Below, piece by piece: positions 39,275-51,108 of a stretch of DNA of 64,000 nt. Within the stretch, counting starts at the first letter, position 1. The number at the start of each line of letters is the position of its first letter. The notes below the pieces were generated by a model. That model was not told where the DNA came from, ran no database searches, and saw only the letters and a list, made by a program, of their open reading frames with translations. Source of the DNA: an uncultured Actinomycetes bacterium (GTDB lineage Bacteria > Actinomycetota > Thermoleophilia > UBA2241); assembly GCA_963755025.1 (NCBI GenBank), contig CAVWIH010000028.1, positions 32,001 through 96,000 on the forward strand, given 5' to 3'. A program made the position numbers and the translations under genes.

Positions 39275-40023
39275 TGGAAGTCGAGCAGCGTGTCGCTGCG
39301 TATGCCGAGGCGGATGGTCTCGCACGAGATGACGTCGTCGGGCGTGATGTTGCCGAGGTTCACGTTGCTGCCGAACTTCTTGACGAACCAGACCTGCTGC
39401 TCCTTGGCCGGCGCCTCGAAGAGCAGCTGGTCGGCGCTGATCTCGCTGACGATCTCTTCGATCAGGCCCTCCTTGACCGATCCGGAGGAGTGGTAGACGC
39501 CCACCGTGCCCGACTCGCGCCCCTCGGTGATCACCTTCCAGGCGCCGGCGTCGAGCTCGCGCTTGATGGCGTCGACCCAGCGGTAGGGGGCGATCACCTT
39601 GTCGGCATCTTTGCTGCCCACCTCGGAGAGCACCGTGAACTCGCGCGCCAGGCGGCGCAGCAGGGCCAGCTTGTCGTCGACCGCCATGGCCACCGTGCCG
39701 TCGGAGACCTCGACGTGCGTGATGCCGAGCTCGCGCAGCTCGCGCACGTAGTCGTCGACCCTGTTCTGGCGCACGACCACTTCGAGCAGCGTGCCGCCGA
39801 AGCAAACCGTGACGTCGTGGCGCTGGTAGACCTCGACCTTGCTGGCCAGGTCGGCGGTGAGGTAGGCGGTGCCCCAGCCGAGCTTGACGATGTCGATGAA
39901 CGGCGCGGCGCTGGCCATGAGGTCGTCGACCTGCGTGGGGCCGAGACCCTTGTCGAGCACGTGAGTCAGCCCGCGGTCGCGCGGTTTGGCGCTGCGCTCA
40001 GGGAGCGTGAGAAAGTCGAGCAC
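39271..40023 (-). CDS. comA: Phosphosulfolactate synthase (ComA family)
   Basis: KPRDRGLTHVLDKG, KLGWGT, GGTLLE, EVSDG, SEVGSK, EGRESG, FEAP, VNLGNI, ETIRLGIRSDT. Confidence 0.95.
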   Translation of the reverse strand: MLDFLTLPERSAKPRDRGLTHVLDKGLGPTQVDDLMASAAPFIDIVKLGWGTAYLTADLASKVEVYQRHDVTVCFGGTLLEVVVRQNRVDDYVRELRELGITHVEVSDGTVAMAVDDKLALLRRLAREFTVLSEVGSKDADKVIAPYRWVDAIKRELDAGAWKVITEGRESGTVGVYHSSGSVKEGLIEEIVSEISADQLLFEAPAKEQQVWFVKKFGSNVNLGNITPDDVISCETIRLGIRSDTLLDFH

Positions 40024-40182
40024 CGCGGCCTCCTGTCGGGCGGTCGGTTCGCGCGTCGGCGGCGCGCGGCCATCTTAGCAGACGGCTCCGCCGCGCCCGC
40101 CGGCGCGGGCCTTGCCGCGGCCGGCGCGCCCAGCCCGCCGGTGCGGGCCTTGTGCCGCGGCCGGAGCGCGCAGCGCGTCGCG

Positions 40183-40596
40183 TCAGGCGATCTCCTGGCC
40201 GGCCTTGGGGCCGGGCCCCATGTCCCAGACCGACTCGACCTCGATCTTGACCACGTACTTGACCGGCGGCAGGCTGAGCTTGTCGGAGAGCTTGGCCAGG
40301 CGCTGGGAGACCTGCTCGAAGGCCTCGCCGTGGTCGATGAGCTCGGCGCGGCCCTTGACCTGCATGGCGATCTTGCGCTCGGGATCGTGGATGCCGACGG
40401 CGACGCGTGGGTCGTGCTGCAGGTTCTCGCGCGTCTTGTGCGAGAACATGTCGGCGAAGTACAGGTGGCCGTCGTCGAGCAGCGCGCCGGAGCCCTTGAT
40501 CGAGACGTTGGGGGTGCCGTCGGACGCGACGGTCGCGACCCAGATGTTGTGGCCGCCCCAGAGCAGGTCGAGGAGCTGGTCGGGTAGCTTCTTCAT
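40183..40596 (-). CDS. Pyridoxamine 5'-phosphate oxidase-family (FMN split-barrel) protein
   Basis: Motifs VATVASDGTPNVS and KTRENLQHDPRVAV. Confidence 0.88.
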   Translation of the reverse strand: MKKLPDQLLDLLWGGHNIWVATVASDGTPNVSIKGSGALLDDGHLYFADMFSHKTRENLQHDPRVAVGIHDPERKIAMQVKGRAELIDHGEAFEQVSQRLAKLSDKLSLPPVKYVVKIEVESVWDMGPGPKAGQEIA

Positions 40597-40684
40597 GTGC
40601 GTGCCCTCCGCGTGAGTCGTGGCGTCGACGCCCTCCGGAAGGCGGGCGCTGGAGTGGGGTGGTCCTACCCCGGCGCGGCGCCGG

Positions 40685-40966
40685 TCACACGTGCTCGAGC
40701 ACCATCACCTCGGGGTCGCGCTCCTCCCACAGCTCGAAGTCGTCGTGCTCGACCGCCGCTCGGGCGCGACCGATGCCGGCCTCCCAGTCGGCCCGCGAGG
40801 CCCAGGTCGTCAAGCCGACCAGGCGCGCGGAGCGTTCGTCTTTCAGGGTCGCCACGTTCAGCAGCCCGGGCGCCCCGGCCAGGGCGTCGCCGAAGCGGTG
40901 CATCGAGGCGACCAGGTCGGCCTCGCCTTCGGGCCGCGGGTAGTGGATCGACAGGTGCACGAACAT
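40685..40966 (-). CDS. Antibiotic biosynthesis monooxygenase (ABM)-like protein
   Basis: About 93 aa with a ferredoxin-like pattern (APGLL, TTWAS). AGGAGG ribosome-binding site. Confidence 0.75.
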   Translation of the reverse strand: MFVHLSIHYPRPEGEADLVASMHRFGDALAGAPGLLNVATLKDERSARLVGLTTWASRADWEAGIGRARAAVEHDDFELWEERDPEVMVLEHV

Positions 40967-40986
40967 GACGCTCCTCCTTCTCCTCT

Positions 40987-41859
40987 TCAGGTCGTGGCGA
41001 GCCCGGTCAGCAGGGCGCTCTGCCGCCACAGCCCGGCGGCGAGCTCCTCGTCGTAGGCGGCAGGCGGCGCGTTCACGGGGCGGCGGTCGTGGTAGAACAG
41101 GCCGCTCGCGCCCTCGACGTCGGGCGAAGCGGCCAGGTAGACGACGGTCTCGGCGCCTTTTTCGGGCGAGCGGGCCACGAGGTGGGCCACCTGCACGCCC
41201 GCGCGCAGCAGCGGCGCCAGGTCGTGGCCCCAGCGCGTGCGCACGAGCCCGGGGTGCATGACGGTCGCCGCCACCCCGTCGCCCTGCCGGCGCCGGGCGA
41301 GCTCGAAGGTGAAGAGGATGTTGGCGAGCTTCGTGGCGCCGTAGAAGGCCATCGCGCGAAAGCGGCGGTGGGCGCCCTGCAGGTCGGCCAGGTCGATCAC
41401 GCCCTGGCGCGCGGCGTCGGAGGAGACGGTGACCACGCGCGCGGGGGCGCCGCGGGCGAGCGCGTCGGAGAGCAGTCCGGTGAGCAGGAAGGGCGCCAGG
41501 TGGTTGAGCGCCCAGGTGCGTTCGACGCCGTCGGGCGTGAGGGCGCGCGTGCCGTAGATCGCGCCCGCATCGTTGACCAGCACGTGCAGGCGGTCGTGGC
41601 GGGCCAGGAACTCGGCGGCCGCACGGCGCACGTCGGCCTGCAGCGTGAGGTCGGCGATCACGACCTCGACGTTCTGGTTGCCGGTCGCGCGCACGAGCTC
41701 GTCGCGTACGGCGTGGCCCCTGGCGTGGTCGCGGGCGACGAATACCAGGGTCGCCCGCCCCAGCGCGAGGCGCGTCGCCGCGGCCTTGCCGATGCCCGAG
41801 GTCGCGCCCGTGACGAGCACGGTGCGGCCTTCAAGATCGGGCGTTTCGGCGCTCACCAC
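40987..41859 (-). CDS. Short-chain dehydrogenase/reductase (retinol dehydrogenase-like)
   Basis: Motifs VTGATSGIG, LVNDAG, NHLAPFLLT, YGATK, HPGLVRT. Confidence 0.93.
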   Translation of the reverse strand: MVSAETPDLEGRTVLVTGATSGIGKAAATRLALGRATLVFVARDHARGHAVRDELVRATGNQNVEVVIADLTLQADVRRAAAEFLARHDRLHVLVNDAGAIYGTRALTPDGVERTWALNHLAPFLLTGLLSDALARGAPARVVTVSSDAARQGVIDLADLQGAHRRFRAMAFYGATKLANILFTFELARRRQGDGVAATVMHPGLVRTRWGHDLAPLLRAGVQVAHLVARSPEKGAETVVYLAASPDVEGASGLFYHDRRPVNAPPAAYDEELAAGLWRQSALLTGLATT

Positions 41860-41923
41860 GATGGACCTCCGTGCTTCGCCCCTGGAGCGGCACCAGAGTG
41901 TGCCCCGCGCGGGCGGGTGCGTA

Positions 41924-42070
41924 CCCCGAGCGGCCGTCCCGCGCGCTCGGCGGCCCGCCCCCCGAGCGTCCGTCTCGCGCGCCGGCGGCCCACCCCCGAG
42001 CGTCCGTCCCGCGCGCTCGGCGGCCCATTCCGACCACCGTGCCGCGCCCTCAGGGCCCACCCCCCGAGCG
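41924..42070. repeat. Intergenic tandem repeat, 34-36-bp unit, about 4 copies
   Basis: ccccgagcg(t/g)ccgtc(c/t)cgcgcgc(t)cggcggccc at 41924, 41960 and 41994; degenerate at 42028; partial at 42062. Confidence 0.85.
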
Positions 42071-42094
42071 CCAGCACCACCGGCGCTTGCCGCC

Positions 42095-43003
42095 TTACAG
42101 CAGCTCGTACTGCGCTTCGAGGAAGTGCAGGAACGCAGCCATGGCCTTTGACACGGCGCGCGTCCGTGAGCGCACGATCGAGAAGTCGCGCAGGATCTGG
42201 AGGTCGGTCACCCGCACCATGGCGAGCGTGCCGTTGCGCAGGTCGGTGCGCACGGCGAACTTGCTCAGGTAGGTGATGCCGGCCCCGGCCATGACGGCGT
42301 GCTTGACCGACTCGTTCAGCCCGAGCTCGAGGAACACGTTGAGCCGGGCCGGGTTCACGCCGCGTTCGCGCAGGGCGGCGTCGACCACCGCGCGCACGCC
42401 GGCGCCGGGCTGCTGCAGGACCACCGGCTCGCGCAGGAGCTCGTCGAAGGCGACCTCGCCGGCGCCGGCCCAGCGGTGCGAAGGGGCGCAGACCACGACG
42501 ATCTCGTCGCGGGCGAAGGGCGCGACGGCGAGCTCGGGACGCCCCGAGACGGCGCCCACCACGCCCAGCTCGAGCTCGCGGCCCACCACGAGGTCGATGA
42601 CCTCGCGGCTGTCGGTCACGCGCAGGCTCAGCTCTATGCCGGGGTGAGCCCGCTTGAAGTCGGTGATCAGGCCCGGCAACAGGTGCTCCCCGGGACCGGT
42701 CGACGCGCCGATCGTCACTCGTCCGCCGGCGAGCTCGCCCAGGTTCATGATCTCGACCCGGGCTTCGTCGTCTAAGTCGATGATCTGGCGGGCGTGGCGG
42801 TAGAGCACCTCGCCCGCGTCGGTCGGGGTGACGTCGCGCCCCGAGCGGTCGAGCAGCTGCACGCCGAGCTCGCGCTCCAGCGAGCGCACCCGCAGGCTGG
42901 CCGCCGGCTGCGTGATGTGCATGTACTCGGCGGCCAGCGAGAAGCTGCGCTGGTCGACGATCTCGCAAAAGAGCCGCAGATGACGGAGGTCCATGGCGGC
43001 CAT
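42095..43003 (-). CDS. LysR-family transcriptional regulator (CysL-like)
   Basis: HTH region SFSLAAEYMHITQPAAS, IGASTGPGEHLLP, ESVKHAVMAGAG. Confidence 0.93.
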   Translation of the reverse strand: MAAMDLRHLRLFCEIVDQRSFSLAAEYMHITQPAASLRVRSLERELGVQLLDRSGRDVTPTDAGEVLYRHARQIIDLDDEARVEIMNLGELAGGRVTIGASTGPGEHLLPGLITDFKRAHPGIELSLRVTDSREVIDLVVGRELELGVVGAVSGRPELAVAPFARDEIVVVCAPSHRWAGAGEVAFDELLREPVVLQQPGAGVRAVVDAALRERGVNPARLNVFLELGLNESVKHAVMAGAGITYLSKFAVRTDLRNGTLAMVRVTDLQILRDFSIVRSRTRAVSKAMAAFLHFLEAQYELL

Positions 43004-43192
43004 CCTATGCGACCTGCGCGCGTTTCGCGACGGCCGCCGCTACGACGCCGCGACGGCCGACCGCGGCGCGCCGCGATGGCGTCGCGACGGCCGCCGCAGC
43101 GCGTCGCGCGGCAACAGGCGTGACGCCGCGAGGCAGGGGAACGCTGCTAGGAAGCGCCAGACGTGAGCTACGACGACGACCTGGAGGATCCC

Positions 43193-43768
43193 ATGTCCGA
43201 CGAACTGCGCGGCAAGCGCATCGCCATCCTGTTCACCGACGGAGTCGAGCAGGCGGAGCTCATGCAGCCGCTCGACGCGTTGCGCGAAGCGGGCGCCCGG
43301 ATCGACCTGCTCTCGATCCACGACGGCGCTGTGCAGGCCATGAACCACACCGAGAAGGGCGATACGGTGACCGTCGACGCGACGGTCGACCAGGCGAGCG
43401 CCGGCGACTACGAAGGCCTCGTGTTGCCCGGCGGCGTCGCCAACCCCGACAAGCTGCGCATGAACGAGCGCGCCGTCGCCTTCGTACGCGAGTGCTTTGC
43501 CGAGGGTGTGCCGATCGCCGTGATCTGCCACGGTCCCTGGACGATGGTCGAGGCCGGCGTCATCGACGGTCTGACGATCACTTCGTACCCGAGCCTGCGC
43601 ACCGACATACGCAACGCCGGCGGCCACTGGGTCGATCGCGAGACGGTGGTCGACCGTGCGGTCCTGTCGAGCCGTAACCCCGACGACCTGCCGGCGTTCT
43701 GCGCGCAGATGATCCGGCTGTTCGCCCTTGGCCGCAAGCAGAGCGAGCGCGCCAACCTGGCGGCCTAG
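43193..43768 (+). CDS. pfpI: PfpI/DJ-1 family glutamine amidotransferase-like protein
   Basis: Motifs DGVEQAE, LPGGVANPD, ICHGPW, SRNPDDLPAF. Confidence 0.93.
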   Translation: MSDELRGKRIAILFTDGVEQAELMQPLDALREAGARIDLLSIHDGAVQAMNHTEKGDTVTVDATVDQASAGDYEGLVLPGGVANPDKLRMNERAVAFVRECFAEGVPIAVICHGPWTMVEAGVIDGLTITSYPSLRTDIRNAGGHWVDRETVVDRAVLSSRNPDDLPAFCAQMIRLFALGRKQSERANLAA

Positions 43769-43769
43769 C

Positions 43770-44808
43770 TGTAGCGCCTATCCACGTTGTTGACCCTCAG
43801 CAGGCCAAGCGCTGTAGCGGAGTGGCGCCGTCCAGACCGCCATGGGGACGGAAGCCATTGTAGTAGACCAGGTAGCGGTCGAGGGCGGCCAGACGTTCGG
43901 CCTCGTCGCCGTAGGGCCGACGGTAAGCCCAGCCGTTCTGCAAGATCTTGACGAAGGCCTCCGCCTTGCCGTTGGTCTGAGGTCGATAGGGCCTCGTGTA
44001 GAGCTGGCGCAAGTCGGCCGCGGCGGCCGCCGCCCGGAAGGCCCGCGAACGGTAGGGCACACCGTTGTCGGTGAGCAGGCGACGCACCACGATCCCCTGG
44101 GCGGCGTAGAAGGCCAGGGCGCGCTGCAGGAAGGCGGCCGCCGTGGTCCCCAGCGTCTGGCAGCTCCTCGGCATAGGCCAGCCTGGTGGCGTCGTCGACG
44201 GCGACGTGCACGATGTTGTAGCCGAGGCCGCGGTGACGGTCCTTCAGGGCCCGCCCCCCGAAGCGCCAGCCGCCGCCGGGGCCGATGCGGCCCAGCTTCT
44301 TGGTGTCGAGGTGCAACAGGTCGCCGGCTGCCGGCCAGCAGTAGCGCACGACCTCTTCTTTGGGTCGCAACGAGCTCAAGCGATTGAGGCCCACGCGGCG
44401 CAGCACACCATAGACGCTCGGACGCGGCACGCCGGTCAGCCAGCCCAGCCAGTGGGGGCCCACGCGCAGCCGCAGGCGCAGGCGCACGATGCGACGCAGC
44501 ACCTGACCACTGATGCGGCCCGGCGGCCGGTGGCGCGCCGAGGAGCGGTCGGCCAGGCCGACCTCGCCCTCCGCCAGGAAGCGCCGGCGCCACTTGCTGG
44601 CCGTTTGGCGACTGACGCCGGCCGCCGCAGCTGCCGCCTTGACCAGCCAGCCCTGTTGTTCGATCCGTTGGCACAGCAGGAGGCGACCGCAGACGGTGAG
44701 TCGCGCGTTACGATGAGCCATGAGGGCCCTCCTTCGGTTCATGGTCTTGGACAACCACAAACCGACAGGCAGGGCCCTCGCCTGTCAACAACGTAGTCGG
44801 GAGCTACA
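43770..44808 (-). mobile_element. IS481-family insertion sequence (1039 bp) with 6-bp target duplication CCTAGC
   Basis: Ends TGT...ACA. Imperfect TIRs TGTAGCGCCTATCCACGTTGTTGAC / TGTAGCTCCCGACTACGTTGTTGAC. cctagc at 43764-43769 and 44809-44814. Confidence 0.96.
43797..44721 (-). CDS. IS481-family DDE transposase (frameshift near 44155)
   Basis: MAHRNARLT, LHLDTKKLGRI, HVAVDDATR in one frame; LTDNG, YRPQTNGKAE, YNGFRPH in the other. Confidence 0.93.
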
Positions 44809-44823
44809 CCTAGCGCAGCGGGG

Positions 44824-46350
44824 TCACTCGGCCGGCGCCGTCGCGAGGTCGTCGGTCGCCCCGGCGTCGGCTTCGTCGGCCGGCGCCGCGCCCGGCAGGG
44901 CGGTGGTCACCGCCGGCAGCGCGCCCGGCGCCAGACGCGTGGCCGTGACCGACGCCAGCGCCATGAACACCCACATGTAGGGGTCTTCGAAGAAGGCGTT
45001 GTACGTGAGGCTGTGGATGAACAGGGCGAGCACGCAGGCGACGAGCGCGGCCTGCCAGAGATAGAGCCGCCGGTCGGCGCCGAAGCGGCGTTTGCGCAGG
45101 GTGGTGGCGAAGAAGGTCACGAGCAGGCCGGCGAAGGCGATCAGGCCGAGCGATCCCTGTTCGGCGGCCACCGTCACCACCGTCGTGTGACTGTCGCGCA
45201 GCGACAGGCTGGCCGCATGCGTCAGGCGGAAGTGGGGGTAGGCCAGCGGAAAGCCGCCCAGGCCGACGCCGCCCACCGGGTAGCGTTCGTACATGAGGAT
45301 GCCGGCGCGCACCAGGTAGAAGCGTCCGCCGGTGAGCTTGTTCCAGCCCCTCGTGCTGTCGAGCTTGGCGCCCAGGTTCTGGGGATGGCGCAGGGCGGTG
45401 ACGCCGGCGACGCCGATCAGCAGGATGAGCACCGTGACGAGCGCCGCGATGGTGCCCTTGCGCCGGCCGAGCCAGGCCATCTCGAGGATGACGCCGCCCA
45501 GCAGCAGGCCCGCCACGCTCGAGCGCGAGAACGTCACGATGAAAGCGATCGCGGCGAGCGCGACCGCAGCGGCCGCGAGGGTCATGGCGCGCCGGCGCCC
45601 TGCGGATGCGTCGCGCAGGCGCGCCGTCAGGAACAGGGCCACCCCGATGAGCATGACGAAGGCCAGGAAGCGGCCGAAGATGTTGGGGTCCCAGAACAGC
45701 GAGTTCGAGCGGAACGTGTGCTGATAGACGAGGTCGTGCTCGATGCCGGCGCGGTTCACGATGACCCAGCGCGTCGGGTACTGCACGATGCCGATCGCCG
45801 CGAGCACCGCGCCGGCGGCGACGAAGGTGACCAGCAAGCGCGACAGCCGGCGGACGTCGGTCGTGTAGCGGTAGAGCACGTAGTAGAGCGCGGCGAACGG
45901 CAGGTAGAAGGCAAAGAGCTTGATGAGCGCGTCGGCGAAGGCCTTGGGGTGGGCGGCGTAGTGCTGCGCCGCCCAGAGCGACGAGACGCCGATGATGGCG
46001 ATCATGACCGCGAGGGCAATGCGCACCGGGTCGGGCCGCCAGTCGTCGGGCAGGCGCAGCCGGTCGCGCACGACCATCTCGGCGAGCACGACGGCCAGCA
46101 GGACGAGGTACAGCGGGATGAGGAGGTTGCTGGTGCTCGAACCGTGGGGCAGTCCCACGCGCAGCGGCGCCAGCACCAGCACGACCGGCATGGCCCAGTC
46201 GGGGTAGCGGAAGGCAAGCCAGGCGAGCGCGGCGACGAACACCGCCACCCCGGCCCCGGCGACGCCCAGCAGGGGCAGGTGGTGAGTCAGCCGGGCGGCC
46301 GTGCCCCCCGTGGAGCGCAGGGCGCCCAGCGAGAAGCCGACGAGCAGCAC
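44824..46350 (-). CDS. O-antigen ligase (WaaL/Wzy_C) family membrane protein; true start probably about 130 nt further upstream
   Basis: Many TMs, FWDPNIFG, TFSRS, GVGLGGF, SHTT..AAEQG. The frame stays open and hydrophobic upstream to about 46480. Confidence 0.85.
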   Translation of the reverse strand: MLLVGFSLGALRSTGGTAARLTHHLPLLGVAGAGVAVFVAALAWLAFRYPDWAMPVVLVLAPLRVGLPHGSSTSNLLIPLYLVLLAVVLAEMVVRDRLRLPDDWRPDPVRIALAVMIAIIGVSSLWAAQHYAAHPKAFADALIKLFAFYLPFAALYYVLYRYTTDVRRLSRLLVTFVAAGAVLAAIGIVQYPTRWVIVNRAGIEHDLVYQHTFRSNSLFWDPNIFGRFLAFVMLIGVALFLTARLRDASAGRRRAMTLAAAAVALAAIAFIVTFSRSSVAGLLLGGVILEMAWLGRRKGTIAALVTVLILLIGVAGVTALRHPQNLGAKLDSTRGWNKLTGGRFYLVRAGILMYERYPVGGVGLGGFPLAYPHFRLTHAASLSLRDSHTTVVTVAAEQGSLGLIAFAGLLVTFFATTLRKRRFGADRRLYLWQAALVACVLALFIHSLTYNAFFEDPYMWVFMALASVTATRLAPGALPAVTTALPGAAPADEADAGATDDLATAPAE

Positions 46351-46486
46351 GGTGAAGACGACCAGGCCGACGAAGATGAGGCGCCGCGCGAGCGCGCCGC
46401 GAGGGATCCCGACGAAGAGACTGAGGAAGGTGGCGAGCAGGCCGAGCAGGCTCAGCCTGGCGAGAAGGAGGCTGGACAGGGCGGAC

Positions 46487-48559
<2,073 letters not shown>

Positions 48560-48632
48560 GGGGTCTCCCGGCCTTGGTGACCCTGCGGACGGAGCGGCGC
48601 TGCGGCGACTCGCGCCGCGGCCGGCACGACAA

Positions 48633-49676
48633 TCATAGCACCGGCTCCAGAGGGCGATGGAGGCGGCGGCGCGCGACGCTCAGGATCTCGTCGACGAACA
48701 GTTGAGGGTCGCGGCGCTCCGACGACACCGTGTGGCGGCTCTTCTTCTTGACGACCACGTCGTCGGCCGATGCGGCGCGGCCCAGGCGGCCCTCGGCGAG
48801 GAGGCGCTCGTCGACCGCGCCGAGCCTGCCCGCGAACATGGTGTAAGCCGGCGTGCCCAGCGCGACGGCTTCGCGGTTCATGGTGCCGCCCGCGCCGATC
48901 ACGAAGTCGGCGGCGGCGATCAGGCTGAGGCCGTCGATGGCCTTCTCGGGCACGACGACGTTGGCCAGGCCGAGCGTGGAGTAGTGCTCGCGCTGCTCGT
49001 CGGTGCGCGGGATGACCACCAGGGTGACGTTGCGCCTGGCGGCGAGGCCCTCGACCACCTGGTCGAACAGCGGGTTCTCGTGGCGGTGGTAGAGCGTCAC
49101 GTTGGGCGCCGGTCGCAGCACGCCGATCACGCGCCGGGTGTCGAGGCCGAGCTGCTCGAGCACGCTCGCGTCGGGCTGGAAGTCATACAGGTAGTACTCC
49201 TCTTTGAGCCCCGGGTAGCGAAACACTTTCTCTGGTTTTGCCCCGTACGGCGCAAGACGTGCCAGCGGGATCGCTTCGGGCACGACGATCTCGTCGACCA
49301 GGCGCACGTTCAGGTGGTGCGACACGGTCGCGTACTCGTAGTCGAACATGGTGAGCTGCGGGATGCCGAGGGTCCAGGCGGCCACCGCGAGGTCGTTGGA
49401 GTTGTGCCCCACGGCAACGTGGAACCCGGCCGAGCGCGCCTGCGCGATGAGGTGCGCCGAGCGGTTGAACAGGCCCACCGCCTTGGCCGGCAGGCTCTTG
49501 CCGGCGTGCTGGCCGGTGATCACCGCGGCGAGGCCGTAGCGCGACAGGAGCTGCTCGGTCTGGGCGTACTTGCGGGCGGTCAGGGTGACCGTGTGGCCCT
49601 GCGCTTCGAGCCGCCTGATGATGGGCGCGAAGAACAGTACGTGCGGCGAGTTCGTGATGTCGATCCAGACGCGCAA
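48633..49676 (-). CDS. DUF354-family GT-B-fold protein
   Basis: Motifs RVWIDITNSPHVLFF, YPGLKEEYYL, GAGGTMNREAVALGTP. Confidence 0.85.
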   Translation of the reverse strand: MRVWIDITNSPHVLFFAPIIRRLEAQGHTVTLTARKYAQTEQLLSRYGLAAVITGQHAGKSLPAKAVGLFNRSAHLIAQARSAGFHVAVGHNSNDLAVAAWTLGIPQLTMFDYEYATVSHHLNVRLVDEIVVPEAIPLARLAPYGAKPEKVFRYPGLKEEYYLYDFQPDASVLEQLGLDTRRVIGVLRPAPNVTLYHRHENPLFDQVVEGLAARRNVTLVVIPRTDEQREHYSTLGLANVVVPEKAIDGLSLIAAADFVIGAGGTMNREAVALGTPAYTMFAGRLGAVDERLLAEGRLGRAASADDVVVKKKSRHTVSSERRDPQLFVDEILSVARRRLHRPLEPVL

Positions 49677-49687
49677 GGCCGGCTCGT

Positions 49688-50788
49688 TCAGGCACTCACC
49701 CCGGCAAGCGCGTGGGCGACTTCGGCGACCTGCTCCTGCGTGAGGTGAGGGTGCATGGGCAGGGCGAGGTTGGTCGCCGCGGCCGCTTCGGTCGCGGGGA
49801 AGTCGCCGGGCTTGTGGCCGAGGAACGCAAGCGCCGGCTGCAGGTGCAGCGGCGTCGTGTAGTAGGCGGCGCAGGCGACGCCGGCGCCCTTGAGGGCGGC
49901 GGCGACTTCGTCGCGCCGCTCGCTGCGCGCCACGTAGAGGTGGTAGACGTGCGTGAGTGCCGGCGGGCACGGCGGGCCGGCGGATGTCGGCGGGCAGCAC
50001 GGCGTCGTACCAGGCGGCGACCTGGGCGCGCCGCGCGTTCCAGTCGTCGATGCGCTTGAGCCCTATGCGCAGCACGGCGGCCTGGATCTCGTCGAGGCGC
50101 GAGTTGAAGCCGATGTAGTCGAAATCCTTCTTGTCGCGGCTGCCGTGGAAGCGCAGCATGCGGGCCATCTCGACGAACTCGGCGATGCGGCCCGTGACAA
50201 GGCCGCCGTCGCCGTAGCCGCCCAGGTTCTTGGTGGGGAAGAAGCTGAAGACGGCGAGATCGCCCAGGCTGCCGGCGCGGCGCCCCTTGTAGCTCGCGCC
50301 GAACGCCTGGCAGGCGTCTTCGACGACCACCAGGCCGTGCTCGCTGGCGACTGCGCTGATGGCGTCGGCGTCGGCCGGCAGGCCGAACAGGTCGACCGGC
50401 ACGATGGCCTTGGTCATGGCGGTGATGGCGCCGGCGATGGCCGCGGGGTCGATGTTCAGGGTCTCGGGGTCGATGTCGACGAAGACCGGGTCGCGCGCCG
50501 GCCTGGACGATCGCCTCGGCGGTCGCGTAGAAGGTGAACGGCGTGGTGATGACCTCGTCGCCCTCGCCGATGCCGGCCGCCTTGAGGGCGATCGTGAGGC
50601 CGTCGGTGCCGTTGCCCACGCCCACCGAGGCGGAGGTCGACAGGTACTCGGTCGACCTCGGCTTCAAAGGCCTTCACGTTGGGCCCCAGAATGAACTGTC
50701 CGTTACGCACGACGGCAAGGACGGCCGCTTCGACCTCGTCCTGCACGTCGGCGATCTGTCCCTTGATGTCCATCAGACCGATCGGCAC
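49688..50788 (-). CDS. DegT/DnrJ/EryC1/StrS sugar aminotransferase (at least three frameshifts)
   Basis: Pieces FILGPNV, GNGTDGL..TPFTFYATAE, EDACQA..SFFPTKNLG..NSRLDEIQAA and YY..PLHLQP..LALPMHP lie in different frames. Confidence 0.88.
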
Positions 50789-50899
50789 GTCACACGCCTC
50801 CAGGTAGCCTTCAGTCGCTGCTGCACCGCACGCGGGCGCGCGCGGTCAAGCAATGAACGCTAGCACACGCGTGCGGTCACGACCAACAGACGGCCCGGC

Positions 50900-51015
50900 G
50901 CGGTGAGGGCTGCCGGCGTGCCCCAGGCGACCGCGTGGTCCTCTGCGGTGGAGCCTGCCGGGGCGCCCCAGGCGACCGCGTGGTCCTGTACGGTGGGGCT
51001 GCCCCGGCGCGTCCC
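50900..51015. repeat. 45-bp tandem repeat (about 2.5 copies) in the divergent degT/dedA intergenic region
   Basis: gccccaggcgaccgcgtggtcct at 50920 and 50965. cggtg..gctgcc at 50901, 50946 and 50991. Confidence 0.8.
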
Positions 51016-51108
51016 GGGCGGCCGCCCGGTCGGTGCGCCGCCGTCGGGCGCGGACGCCGCGCGCGGCCGCGCTCGCGCGTCGGCCCTGTGGTAGTGTACT
51101 GCGACGTT

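Noticed and set aside
38645-40023. Coenzyme M biosynthesis or methanogenesis inferred from comA, fae and mttB
   Set aside because: No comB-E, mcr or methanopterin genes are in the window, and each family has well-known non-methanogenic members.
41924-42070. Possible CRISPR array (repeat length about 35 bp)
   Set aside because: Units are contiguous with no unique spacers, and no cas genes are present.
43020-43135. cgcgacggc-like repeats between LysR and pfpI
   Set aside because: Short, irregularly spaced and low-complexity GC sequence that cannot be distinguished from background.
48633-50417. Apparent DegT-DUF354 fusion
   Set aside because: The DegT C-terminus is in another frame (49688..49933), and the joining segment is out-of-frame sequence.
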